IMG/VR virus record: IMGVR_UViG_3300045988_119598
Location: 1-29,711 of that record
Direction: 5' to 3' (one strand)
DNA: 29,711 nucleotides
Origin: a virus
Position 1 is the stretch's first letter; every line of letters starts with the position of its first letter. Both the position numbers and the translations under genes were made by a program. The notes under the pieces were generated by a model. The model was not told the origin of the DNA. It did no database searches and was given only the letters and a program-made list of their open reading frames with translations. Positions 1 through 7,646 of the stretch are shown here, piece after piece.

Positions 1-73
1 ATTTCTTCATCTCCCGCATTGAAGAGATTAGGGTAGCTACTGTTAAGCTCTCTAATAATTTGCAAAAAAAAAC
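1..73. repeat. 73-bp terminal direct repeat, identical to 29639..29711 (circular-contig overlap; unit genome 29,638 bp)
   Basis: Bases 1-73 (atttcttcat...tgcaaaaaaaaac) recur exactly at 29639-29711. A minus-strand ORF reads in frame across the join. Confidence 0.95.
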
Positions 74-550
74 CATTACATCAGTAACAATAGTAATTGG
101 AATCTTATCATATAAATCTTCTGCCAATTCCATTACATCATAACCCTCATTATATTTCTTTCCTTTAGGAATTAAAAAGCATAAGAATATATACTTCTGA
201 TTCTTTTCATATTCTTTATAGAAATTCTGAAAATCAATATACTGAGCAGCAGTCATATTTCTGAGATTTAATTGAACTGTATATTTATTACCATCAATCT
301 CATACTCAGTTTCAGGAACTTTAGATTTATACTTATTTACAATAAAATGAATCTTACTAAGTTCTGCAGATAATTGATCTACTGTCATATTTAATAGAGT
401 ATCTCTAGCTTTATCAGGATTATCTGTAAGTAATGCATAGATTTCAATACTTCTATCTAAATCTGTCATTTTTGCATCACTCATAATAAATGAATTTAAA
501 GCTTGAAATTTCTTTAAAGATACTTCTTCCCATTTAGTTGCTACATTCAT
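1..550 (-). CDS. Tail-assembly-chaperone-like protein, 5' part (frame-0 ORF starts at 550, leaves the window start and continues at 29638; 219 aa in total)
   Basis: ATG at 550..548, one nt after the terL TAG. There are 183 uninterrupted codons down to base 2, and codon 184 spans the junction. The segment YEIDGNKYTVQLNLRNMTAAQYIDF resembles gpG-type chaperones by eye only. It is absent from the track because no stop lies inside this end of the window. Confidence 0.55.
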   Translation of the reverse strand, partial: MNVATKWEEVSLKKFQALNSFIMSDAKMTDLDRSIEIYALLTDNPDKARDTLLNMTVDQLSAELSKIHFIVNKYKSKVPETEYEIDGNKYTVQLNLRNMTAAQYIDFQNFYKEYEKNQKYIFLCFLIPKGKKYNEGYDVMELAEDLYDKIPITIVTDVMVFFCKLLESLTVATLISSMREMKK

Positions 551-551
551 A

Positions 552-1799
552 CTATTTAATTTTAATATTATAATGTCCTTTGTTTGTATTTAATGAGTCA
601 TAGGCTAACATTAATGAAATAACTGTATCATCATTAAATCCTGATGGAGCATTATAACTAACATTTCCAGTTTTTGGATTATATGAAGCCTCATATAGTC
701 TTAACTCATTTAAAAGTTTATCATCTTTTAATAATCCTATCTTTTCATTCTCTAAAGCAGCTTGAAGCTTATTAACTATATCTGCCTTACTCTTATTAGT
801 AGTTAAGAATCGTATAATCCTGATTTTCGGATTCTTCCGAACTAACATATCATAGAAGACACTACCAATTGAGTTTTGTTCAACTTGTACAATCTTTATA
901 AATCCTTGATACTCAGTTAGTATATTTGTTAATAAATCAACTTGCTCTGTTGGAGTTTTATCATTAAAATACTTTATAAAGACCATTTGCCCAGATTCAT
1001 TTAAAGCAGTAACACAAGTATAGTCTTTACCACTTCCAGTAGCCCAGTCTATTCCTATATAAAGACTCTGATAATCTGGTTTTTTCTCAATTACGCAATT
1101 AGCTATATTATTAAATAAACAGCCATCATCATCTGCAAATTCCCCTAAATATTCAGTTCTAAATTTATTTTTTGAGGTTGTAAGTCGATACATCTCTAAC
1201 TTCTCTTTATCTAAAAGCATAGATGTATCTTCTAAAGCCCAATCAAATGATTTATAGAACTTGTCATATTTTGGATCTAGCCCTTTAGTAAAGCAATCAT
1301 AAAAAAATCCTTCTCGAAATCTTGGAGTACTGATAATTAATATTGGCGCAGATCATACATCAGCTATAGGAGTTAATATTTCGAATACTTCATCTGATAT
1401 ATATGCAGCTTCATCTATTACTAATAATCCGCTTACTGTAAATCCTCGTAATGAATCTTTTTGTTCTGCGGATTTAAATAATATTTCACTTCCATTAGTA
1501 AACTCTATTTCTAATAAGGACTCATTTTTCTTTTTAATAAGGTCACATTCCCCAAGAGCTTTTATTATTTCCTTAAATATTTTTCTACTATTAGTTAAAG
1601 TTGGCTCCACTATACAACTAATACTACCTGGATAATTTATAGAGAATCTTAATAATTCATTTTCTGCCATAAATGACTTTCCGCATTGTCTTTTAGCTTT
1701 TACTGTAAATATTTTTCCAGACCTATAAGAGTCATTCATTGCAGTATGTACTTTATATTGATAGATAAATGGTCTGTATCCTTTATATATCCTTGTCAT
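552..1799 (-). CDS. terL: Terminase large subunit (415 aa; one in-frame TGA at 1353-1355)
   Basis: Track ORFs 1353..1799 and 552..1220 share a frame and are separated only by the TGA plus 44 open codons. The joined protein has Walker A (RQCGKSF), Walker B (LLVIDEAAY) and nuclease-domain acidic motifs (IGIDWATGSGKD, FNDDTVISL). It ends TAG 552-554. Confidence 0.9.
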
Positions 1800-2235
1800 T
1801 TATAATTGGATCTCCAAATTTAAACTGGCATTCATTATTTTGAATATTAACTTGAATTTCTGGTTGGTTCAATCCAAACATAGAATTTATTGTTTTAATA
1901 ACTTCAGTAGCAGATCTTACATCATTTTTACTAATAGCAATATCCAATAATGTTTCCAATCTTGTTAATTGTATATGTCTTAAATTCTTTATAAGATTAT
2001 CATTTTTATCAGCAATAATCTTATAAGCTTCTCTAATATATTTAGCAGCAGTAGTTTGTCCAACTCCATATTTAGCTTGAAGTTCTTCACTTACTTTATT
2101 TCTGGACCAACCTTTATTAAATAATCTTGCTGCATAAAGATATTTAGTCTTTTGTTCGTCTACTTGATCCTCTTTTACCTCTTCCTTTCTTGGTCTCCCC
2201 GTTTTCTTCGGAAGTTCCTGATCCTTCACTTTCAT
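1783..2235 (-). CDS. Putative terminase small subunit / DNA-binding protein (150 aa)
   Basis: Basic N-terminus (KKTGRPRKEE) and an HTH-like segment (WSRNKVSEELQAKYGVGQTTAAKYIREA). It lies directly upstream of terL and overlaps it by 17 nt. TAA stop. Confidence 0.5.
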   Translation of the reverse strand: MKVKDQELPKKTGRPRKEEVKEDQVDEQKTKYLYAARLFNKGWSRNKVSEELQAKYGVGQTTAAKYIREAYKIIADKNDNLIKNLRHIQLTRLETLLDIAISKNDVRSATEVIKTINSMFGLNQPEIQVNIQNNECQFKFGDPIINDKDI

Positions 2236-2479
2236 TTGTTTTCAGTTTTTCTTGGTATTCAAAATAGATTGGAGCAATTCTCTTTATAAGATTAAGTATG
2301 CAAGTAGCACAAGCTATACTCATTCTATACTCCTGTTCAATTATATACTCATAAATCTCTTTAATCTTTATTACGTCCTGCTTTTGCACATTTCTGCAGT
2401 AATTAGATTTAGTTGCAGTTATAAACCTATCTTCAAATCCTTTTAAATATTTAAACTGATCTTCTGTTAATTGTTTCAT
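2144..2479 (-). CDS. Hypothetical protein (111 aa)
   Basis: Intact ORF with a TAA stop. Its last 92 nt overlap the next ORF out of frame and encode a low-complexity tail. Confidence 0.5.
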   Translation of the reverse strand: MKQLTEDQFKYLKGFEDRFITATKSNYCRNVQKQDVIKIKEIYEYIIEQEYRMSIACATCILNLIKRIAPIYFEYQEKLKTNESEGSGTSEENGETKKGRGKRGSSRRTKD

Positions 2480-2568
2480 AATTAGCGCTTTTTAGTATAA
2501 GTAAATATAGAAATTAACTTTCCATTCTTGTAATGATAAATAACTTCTGTTTCCATAAAATATAATTT

Positions 2569-2898
2569 TTAATTAATAAGTTTGTATATAACATCTATCA
2601 ACTTAGTAGATGCGTCTTTTAATAATATCATAATATCTTTAATAATTGGAGTCATAAATGCTAATAATGCAATATATCCAACCATTAAAATTGAAAATTG
2701 ACTTGTAATAAGAATATATAGTAATCCAATTCACCAAGTCATACACAAACTGCAATCTAAAGGTTTGAGTCTTCAATCTTCTTTATATGGTATACCTTTA
2801 AATAGCATTTTTCAAATACTATGTTTAAAACTATCTAAAGCTCCAGATAAATCAATTATAAAAACTATTATTGCAGTTATTATAAATAATTCTAACAT
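2569..2898 (-). CDS. Small integral membrane protein (109 aa; three in-frame TGA)
   Basis: ATG 2898..2896 overlaps the preceding TAG; TAA at 2569-2571. TGAs are at 2812-2814, 2773-2775 and 2731-2733, the last directly after TGG (CSLCMTW-W-IGLLY). It has hydrophobic TM-like stretches and is invisible in the standard-code track. Confidence 0.65.
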
Positions 2899-3137
2899 AA
2901 TCTCTCTCTTATTTGTTTAATAAATCTTTGAATTGTAGTATGACTAATTCCTAATATTCTTCCAACTTCTCTATAACTGTGATATTCAGCATATAATATG
3001 ATTACTGTCTTATCTGCCTTATTAAGCTCAAGCCATTTTGGATATATACTTAATAATCTATCATCCATATTTGTAAACATACTATAGTCTATTTCATACT
3101 CATTAAGTAAATCATCAATATTAATCTTCCTTTTCAT
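2892..3137 (-). CDS. Sigma-70 region-4-like / HTH transcription regulator (81 aa)
   Basis: LNKADKTVIILYAEYHSYREVGRILGISHTTIQRFIKQIRERL follows the region 4.2 / LuxR-type HTH pattern, by eye. TAG stop. Confidence 0.55.
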   Translation of the reverse strand: MKRKINIDDLLNEYEIDYSMFTNMDDRLLSIYPKWLELNKADKTVIILYAEYHSYREVGRILGISHTTIQRFIKQIRERLC

Positions 3138-3429
3138 TTAATCAATCCTCCAATTCATCATTTTGTTGTTCAAGTGGCTCTTTAACAATCTCATAATATT
3201 TCTTATAAGTATAGTAATATCTACTTGTTTTACTAAACCAATAATTCTTAAATAATCTTGTAATCCAAAATTTCAATTCATTTTTACTATCAAGCTGATT
3301 TAATTTTGGATTTGATGTTTCCAGAAGGTCTAGTATACACATCTGGAAACAATCATCATCCATTCCAAATTTAAGTTTTAACTCTTGGCAGAAGTCATAA
3401 TATTTGGTAATAATCTCATTATTCGTCAT
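3121..3429 (-). CDS. Sigma-70 region-2-like protein (95 aa to the TGA at 3142-3144; 102 aa if TGA is read through to TAA 3121-3123)
   Basis: DDDCFQMCILDLLE ... ELKFWITRLFKNYWFSKTSRYY resembles sigma region 2.1-2.4 / ECF sigma, by eye. This is the only gene whose track stop is a TGA that does not rejoin another fragment. Confidence 0.45.
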
Positions 3430-3853
3430 TTGCTATATAATTACTAAATTCTGTATTTACATCTATCTTAATGGCTTTCTTTAAAGATAATTCTGTTTTT
3501 AATGAATAGCCATAAGTTCCTTCAAAATCTGTTGTAGAACAACCATATTTCATAGAATCCTTTATAAAGGCTTGTTTTATATCTTTAAATATATATACTC
3601 CATCATCAAATATTATTACTAATACAGAATTATTTCTTGATAAGATATCAAATTTATCTCTATTAATAATAGTAGTTGGATATTTATTAGAATTAAATCT
3701 TCTTCTTTTAACTTCTATTATATAATCAATTCCATTCCAATTAAATGTTCCATCATATCTGGAATAATTATCTTTACATCATTCTATGTCTATATTAAAT
3801 TTCTCTTTAAATAGATTCTTTGTAAAGACTAAGCTTCTTATATCTGTTTTCAT
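3419..3853 (-). CDS. PD-(D/E)XK-type nuclease-like protein (144 aa; in-frame TGA at 3779-3781)
   Basis: ATG 3853..3851 overlaps the upstream TAA (TAATG). The ORF is open to TAA 3419-3421 apart from one TGA. It carries a D...IDYIIEVKRR motif (D-x(n)-E-x-K). Not in the track. Confidence 0.5.
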
Positions 3854-4092
3854 TATTTTATATTATTAATTTTAAGGGTTAAATCACAATATTCTTCATA
3901 TAAATCAGATACTTCTTCACTTGCAGGATTAAACCACATTACTGAATCTAATTTATGTTTTAATTCTGCTCTTTCTAATCTTAATTCAAATGTTTTATGT
4001 TGTCTTTCCTGATAAACCTCATTTACTCTGAAACCAGCAATAATTGAAGATGCTATTAAAAGTCCAACTAAAATTTTATTTATTTTTTTCAT
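3853..4092 (-). CDS. Membrane-anchored small protein (79 aa)
   Basis: N-terminal hydrophobic anchor MKKINKILVGLLIASSIIAGF. It is the first minus-strand gene after the divergent control region. Confidence 0.6.
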   Translation of the reverse strand: MKKINKILVGLLIASSIIAGFRVNEVYQERQHKTFELRLERAELKHKLDSVMWFNPASEEVSDLYEEYCDLTLKINNIK

Positions 4093-4136
4093 AATTTTAT
4101 TATTTAAATGTTAATACTTGTTTTATTATTGTAATA

Positions 4137-4168
4137 CAAAGATAATACATTTTTATTCAATTTCCAAA
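4137..4168 (-). promoter_or_regulatory. Bacteroidota-type promoter (TTTG-N20-TATCTTTG) facing the minus-strand operon
   Basis: On the minus strand, TTTG lies at 4168..4165, a 20-nt spacer follows, and TATCTTTG lies at 4144..4137. This matches the published -33 TTTG / -7 TAnnTTTG consensus. Gene start is at 4092. Confidence 0.6.
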
Positions 4169-4211
4169 TTTTTAGACAACTTTTTTTCATATTTTTTTTT
4201 CTTAAAAATTA

Positions 4212-4243
4212 TTTGGAAATCTAAAAATAATGTTGTATATTTG
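4212..4243 (+). promoter_or_regulatory. Bacteroidota-type promoter (TTTG-N20-TATATTTG), plus strand
   Basis: TTTG 4212-4215, 20-nt spacer, TATATTTG 4236-4243. It belongs to the same ~44-bp repeat unit as the other two promoters. Confidence 0.55.
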
Positions 4244-4301
4244 TACTATCAAAATAAGAAATAATAAAAATGAAAATTTATTAAAAATAATTGCTAAATT
4301 A

Positions 4302-4333
4302 TTTGGAAATTTAATTTTTATGTATTATCTTTG
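4302..4333 (+). promoter_or_regulatory. Bacteroidota-type promoter (TTTG-N20-TATCTTTG), plus strand
   Basis: TTTG 4302-4305, 20-nt spacer, TATCTTTG 4326-4333. The segment atgtattatctttgtatta is the exact inverted copy of 4132-4150. Confidence 0.6.
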
Positions 4334-4370
4334 TATTATGAAATTAAAACTAATAATTCTACTACTTCTA

Positions 4371-4397
4371 GGCAGGTGAAAGTCCTGCCACTTTTTG
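4371..4397 (+). terminator. Hairpin plus T-run in the leader of the plus-strand module (attenuator or end of a short RNA)
   Basis: GGCAGG-tgaaagt-CCTGCC (4371-4389) followed by ACTTTTTG. It lies about 35 nt downstream of the predicted start of the promoter at 4302-4333 and 90 nt upstream of the ATG at 4488. Confidence 0.45.
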
Positions 4398-4405
4398 AAT
4401 CTTAC

Positions 4406-4455
4406 TGTCAAGTTTTTTACTCAAATTTAGTAGTAAGAAAATAAAAATATTGACA
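4406..4455 (+). repeat. Dispersed 50-bp intergenic element, copy 1
   Basis: Invariant 18-mer TGTCAAGTTTTTTACTCA (4406-4423), then TAGTA, then AAATAAAAA, then TTGACA (4450-4455). Orientation is given as written; the functional strand is unknown. Confidence 0.9.
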
Positions 4456-4487
4456 AAAAAACTTTAACTATTTAAATTATTAAAATT

Positions 4488-6209
4488 ATGAAAACGTATT
4501 TAAACAATCTAATTAATGAGTTACCAACTAACTGCTTATTTGATAAAGGAAAAGTTGGATGTGGAGGAACTTCAATGGCAATTGAATGTGATAAGCCTTA
4601 TGTTATTTGTGTTCCATTTACAAGCTTAGTTGAAAATAAAATTCAACAATATCCAAATGAAAGACGTAAAGAGAAGATATTTGGAGTTTATGCGGGAGTT
4701 ACTATTAAAGAGATTAAAGATTATGTAGATAGTGTTAAATGTCCTAAAATTATTGTTACATATAATTCACTACCAAAAGTTATTTCTGCTGTTAATACTA
4801 AAGAATATAGTTTATTAGTAGATGAATATCATATACTATTTAATCAGTATAGCTTTAGAAAGGATGCTATTAAACCTGTTTTAGAGAATTATACATTATT
4901 TAAGGATTTTACATTTATGACTGCTACACCTCTTGAAGAAGAATTTGTATTAGATGAATTAAAAGATTTAGAATTAGTAAAACAAGAATGGGATGATGTA
5001 ATTGAAACTAAAGTACAAGCTGTTAAATGTAAGAATGTTGAAGCTTCAACTATTAAATTAATTAATGCTGTTCTTAATAATCAGGTTGAAGGTAATGTTT
5101 ATATATTTGTAAATTCTGTAGACTTTATAAAGAATCTTATTCAGAAAGCTAAACTTACAGAAGATAATACAAGAGTTATATATTCTAAAAACAATAAAAC
5201 TAAATTATCAATTCATAATTCTACAGTATTAGATGAACCTAAGAAAATAAATTTATTAACTTCAACAGTATTTGAAGGTTCTGATATTTATGATGAAAAT
5301 GGAAGAATTGTAGTAGTAAGTGATGCTCAAAAAGCTCAAACTCTTCTTGATATCTCTACTTCTATTCAGCAGATTGCAGGAAGAATTAGAAATAGTAAAT
5401 ATTTAAACTGGATAACACATCTTTACTCAACAACAAGATATGCAGATATTAGTTATGAAGACTTTAAAAAGAAGAATATTCAGAATATTGAAGAAACTAA
5501 GATTGCTGTAGATGCTTATAACTCAATGCCTGAAGTTGCAAGAAAGAAGCTTAAGGAATTTACATCTGATGCTTATATTCAAGTAAATGATAACTTTACT
5601 TTTACTTTTGATCCTAATATGGCCAAAGTGGACATATTTAACTTTAAAGTGACAAGAGGCTTATATTCTATTAGAACTAATCTTAATAAGGAATATATAA
5701 AGAATGGGTTTAAAAAAGTAGTAGAATGTGAAGATAATTCTATTAAGATTGATTTTGAATCTGATAATAAACCATTTAAAGATTTAATTAAAGAAGTAAG
5801 AGCTGAGTGGGAAAATAAGTTTAAATTAAACACTCCTATATTAAATGATGCTATTATTAAATATCCTTGGTTACCTGAAGCTATTAGTAAATTAGGATTT
5901 GAAAAGATGGCAAGTTTAAAATATTGTATTTCAGATATTAAAGATGCCTTATTAAAAAAATCTAATAAAAGTGCAGATAACAAAGCTGCTAAGAAGTTGA
6001 ATCAATCAGTTACTCTTGGAATGTGGTATTCTAATTCTGATATTAAAAAGTTTATTAAAGAAGCCTATGAAATTAGTGATATTACTATTACCCCAAAAGC
6101 AACAGAAATTGATAAATATTATGAAGTTAAAAAATGCCAGAAAAGAATAAATGGTAAACAAACTGAAGGTTATATACTTATTAGTAAAAAATTTGTATTT
6201 AATAAATAA
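4488..6209 (+). CDS. SF2 (DExH) helicase-like protein, 573 aa
   Basis: P-loop-like GKVGCGGTS, motif II LLVDEYH, motif III MTATP and motif VI QQIAGRIRN, by eye. No in-frame TGA (5 Trp, all TGG). TAA stop. Confidence 0.6.
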   Translation: MKTYLNNLINELPTNCLFDKGKVGCGGTSMAIECDKPYVICVPFTSLVENKIQQYPNERRKEKIFGVYAGVTIKEIKDYVDSVKCPKIIVTYNSLPKVISAVNTKEYSLLVDEYHILFNQYSFRKDAIKPVLENYTLFKDFTFMTATPLEEEFVLDELKDLELVKQEWDDVIETKVQAVKCKNVEASTIKLINAVLNNQVEGNVYIFVNSVDFIKNLIQKAKLTEDNTRVIYSKNNKTKLSIHNSTVLDEPKKINLLTSTVFEGSDIYDENGRIVVVSDAQKAQTLLDISTSIQQIAGRIRNSKYLNWITHLYSTTRYADISYEDFKKKNIQNIEETKIAVDAYNSMPEVARKKLKEFTSDAYIQVNDNFTFTFDPNMAKVDIFNFKVTRGLYSIRTNLNKEYIKNGFKKVVECEDNSIKIDFESDNKPFKDLIKEVRAEWENKFKLNTPILNDAIIKYPWLPEAISKLGFEKMASLKYCISDIKDALLKKSNKSADNKAAKKLNQSVTLGMWYSNSDIKKFIKEAYEISDITITPKATEIDKYYEVKKCQKRINGKQTEGYILISKKFVFNK

Positions 6210-6227
6210 AAATATTATATTTGTGAT

Positions 6228-6389
6228 ATGGAAGGTGATATTAAAGAAACAATTAAACAAACTGAAGAGTATATTAAAGAATTAAATAAATGAATACTCG
6301 AATGTAAAGAAGCTACTAAAAGATTTGGTGATATTATAGATAAAGTATTAAAAGATAAAGATTATATGTTTATTTCTAAATTTGATTAA
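6228..6389 (+). CDS. Small hypothetical protein (53 aa; in-frame TGA at 6291-6293)
   Basis: ATG 6228 and TAA 6387-6389. It reads ELNK-W-ILECKE across the TGA and is tightly packed after the helicase-like gene. Confidence 0.4.
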
Positions 6390-6391
6390 TT

Positions 6392-6532
6392 ATGAATGAT
6401 TATTTATTTAAAAAACTTGAAGAACTAGAATATAGAATAGTTCAATTAGAAAACCAGAATAAAGGTTTAGTCTGGGAAGAAGTAGAAGAAATGCCAAAAC
6501 CAGAAATTTCTAATGCAACTTATATTGACTAA
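6392..6532 (+). CDS. Small hypothetical protein (46 aa)
   Basis: ATG lies 2 nt after the previous stop. Coiled-coil-like (LEELEYRIVQLENQ). TAA 6530-6532. Confidence 0.4.
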   Translation: MNDYLFKKLEELEYRIVQLENQNKGLVWEEVEEMPKPEISNATYID

Positions 6533-6533
6533 T

Positions 6534-6677
6534 ATGAAATATCAAACATATAAAGTATGTATAAACGGAGTGTATTATGTATATGTAATACCAGAGAATA
6601 GTAAGTTTTTAGTAGACTTACAAACAGGAGATCTAATACCTAAAGAAGATGATAAGTTATTTGAAATAATGGAATAA
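6534..6677 (+). CDS. Small hypothetical protein (47 aa)
   Basis: ATG lies 1 nt after the previous stop. TAA 6675-6677 is followed by the convergent terminator. Confidence 0.4.
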   Translation: MKYQTYKVCINGVYYVYVIPENSKFLVDLQTGDLIPKEDDKLFEIME

Positions 6678-6681
6678 ATGA

Positions 6682-6709
6682 AAATAGGAGGGTATATGCC
6701 CTCCTATTT
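6682..6709. terminator. Bidirectional hairpin terminator between the convergent plus and minus modules
   Basis: 11-bp perfect stem AAATAGGAGGG / CCCTCCTATTT with loop tatatg. The stop of the minus-strand HNH gene (6704-6706) lies inside it. Confidence 0.7.
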
Positions 6710-7027
6710 CTGTTTAAATCTTTGATAGTTACTAACCGATGAATGAATAGCTTTATGACAAACTGAACATAATGTTATTAAATCCTCCAAATGTTCTTGC
6801 TCATTATATAGATTCTCATACGTCTTATGATGTACCGATAAAGACCTATTTCCGCCTTCCTGAACGCATCAGTTACAAGTTTGGCAGTGATAGTTATCTC
6901 GCAATAATATTTGCTCTCTAATAGCCTTAAAATCCTTTGATCTTATATATCTTTGGTACTTTAAATATTCTTCACTTCTTACTTTCTTTTTCGTCTTATG
7001 AAGCAGTTTACTTGATTTGGAGTCCAT
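6704..7027 (-). CDS. HNH endonuclease (107 aa; in-frame TGA at 6869-6871)
   Basis: RDNYHCQTCN-W-C ... SVHHKTY ... DLITLCSVCHKAIH is a classical HNH / zinc-hook pattern. ATG 7027..7025, TAG 6704-6706. Not in the track. Confidence 0.8.
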
Positions 7028-7029
7028 AA

Positions 7030-7482
7030 TTATATAATTGTAAATTTCTGTCTTCTCTGCAAACCTTCTTTATTCTTCAGACCTAAATGAATTCAACTAG
7101 CTATTCCATTTCTGGGTTTTTCATAAATAAGTTGATCAAAATCATACTTTTCAATAGCTTCAGTAATTCAAACCTGAAATTCTTTCATTCGACCATTACT
7201 TGGAACTATATCAGCCGCATATCCTGTTAGATGTGCAGATGTTAAAGATCCTCCTACAGCTTTATTAAGTTCATTACATCTATAACCTGAATTCACACTT
7301 ATTGCTGGATTACCCAACTGATTAACATCACAATACTCTGCCCAATCATTTCTTAATGGATCTAAGAGCTTCTCGACTAACTCTATAAGGTGTTCAGTAA
7401 TCTCTTTATTTGGAGTATTATCTATCTGCTTAATAGAAGCTGTATCAGATCTTGTTAATTCACTAATAGTAAAATATTTCAT
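7030..7482 (-). CDS. Endolysin, peptidase M15 family (150 aa; in-frame TGA at 7168-7170 and 7093-7095)
   Basis: SGYRCNELNKAVGGSLTSAHLTGYAAD contains the H-x6-D zinc ligands. The third His lies in AS-W-IHLG, downstream of both TGAs. The track ORF 7168..7482 is the N-terminal two thirds only. TAA 7030-7032. Confidence 0.8.
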
Positions 7483-7643
7483 TATTTAATAATATCTTTA
7501 AGCATAACATAACGGTAAAATAAATGACATCCTGCACCAAGTGCTATGAGTACTAATGTAATCCAAAATGGAATTACTTTTACCATTAAACATACTAAGA
7601 TTATAATTACTATTGCTATTAAATATTTCATCCAATATTTCAT
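7482..7643 (-). CDS. Holin-like small membrane protein (53 aa, two hydrophobic helices)
   Basis: MKYWMKYLIAIVIIILVCLMVKVIPFWITLVLIALGAGCHLFYRYVMLKDIIK. Its TAA overlaps the endolysin ATG (TAATG). No TGA. Confidence 0.5.
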   Translation of the reverse strand: MKYWMKYLIAIVIIILVCLMVKVIPFWITLVLIALGAGCHLFYRYVMLKDIIK

Positions 7644-7646
7644 AAC

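Noticed and set aside
1866-1875. tRNA-like T-loop sequence GGTTCAATCC
   Set aside because: It lies inside the terS-like coding region. The would-be T-stem has a mismatch, and the flanks offer no 7-bp acceptor pairing or anticodon arm. No other T-loop-like motif with a supporting cloverleaf was seen in the intergenic regions.
2252-2446. Plus-strand track ORF (64 aa)
   Set aside because: It is antisense to the intact 111-aa minus-strand gene, with low-complexity hydrophobic translation typical of the reverse frame of AT-rich coding DNA.
2482-2556. 24-codon minus-strand ORF (METEVIYHYKNGKLISIFTYTKKR) filling the gap before 2479
   Set aside because: It is too short to support from sequence alone. 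It is mentioned because the spacing (TAATTATG to the next gene) is gene-like.
4450-4478. The TTGACA at the end of each 50-bp element read as a sigma-70 -35 box
   Set aside because: Only copy 1 has a plausible -10 (TAAATT, 4473-4478) 17 nt downstream on the plus strand. Copies 2-4 have none and no plus-strand gene to serve. The three clear promoters in this genome are of the TTTG/TAnnTTTG type instead.
5579-6260. Minus-strand track ORFs 5579..5983 and 6006..6260
   Set aside because: They are antisense to the 573-aa helicase-like gene and its downstream ORF, Leu/Phe/Ile/Ser-rich with no motif.
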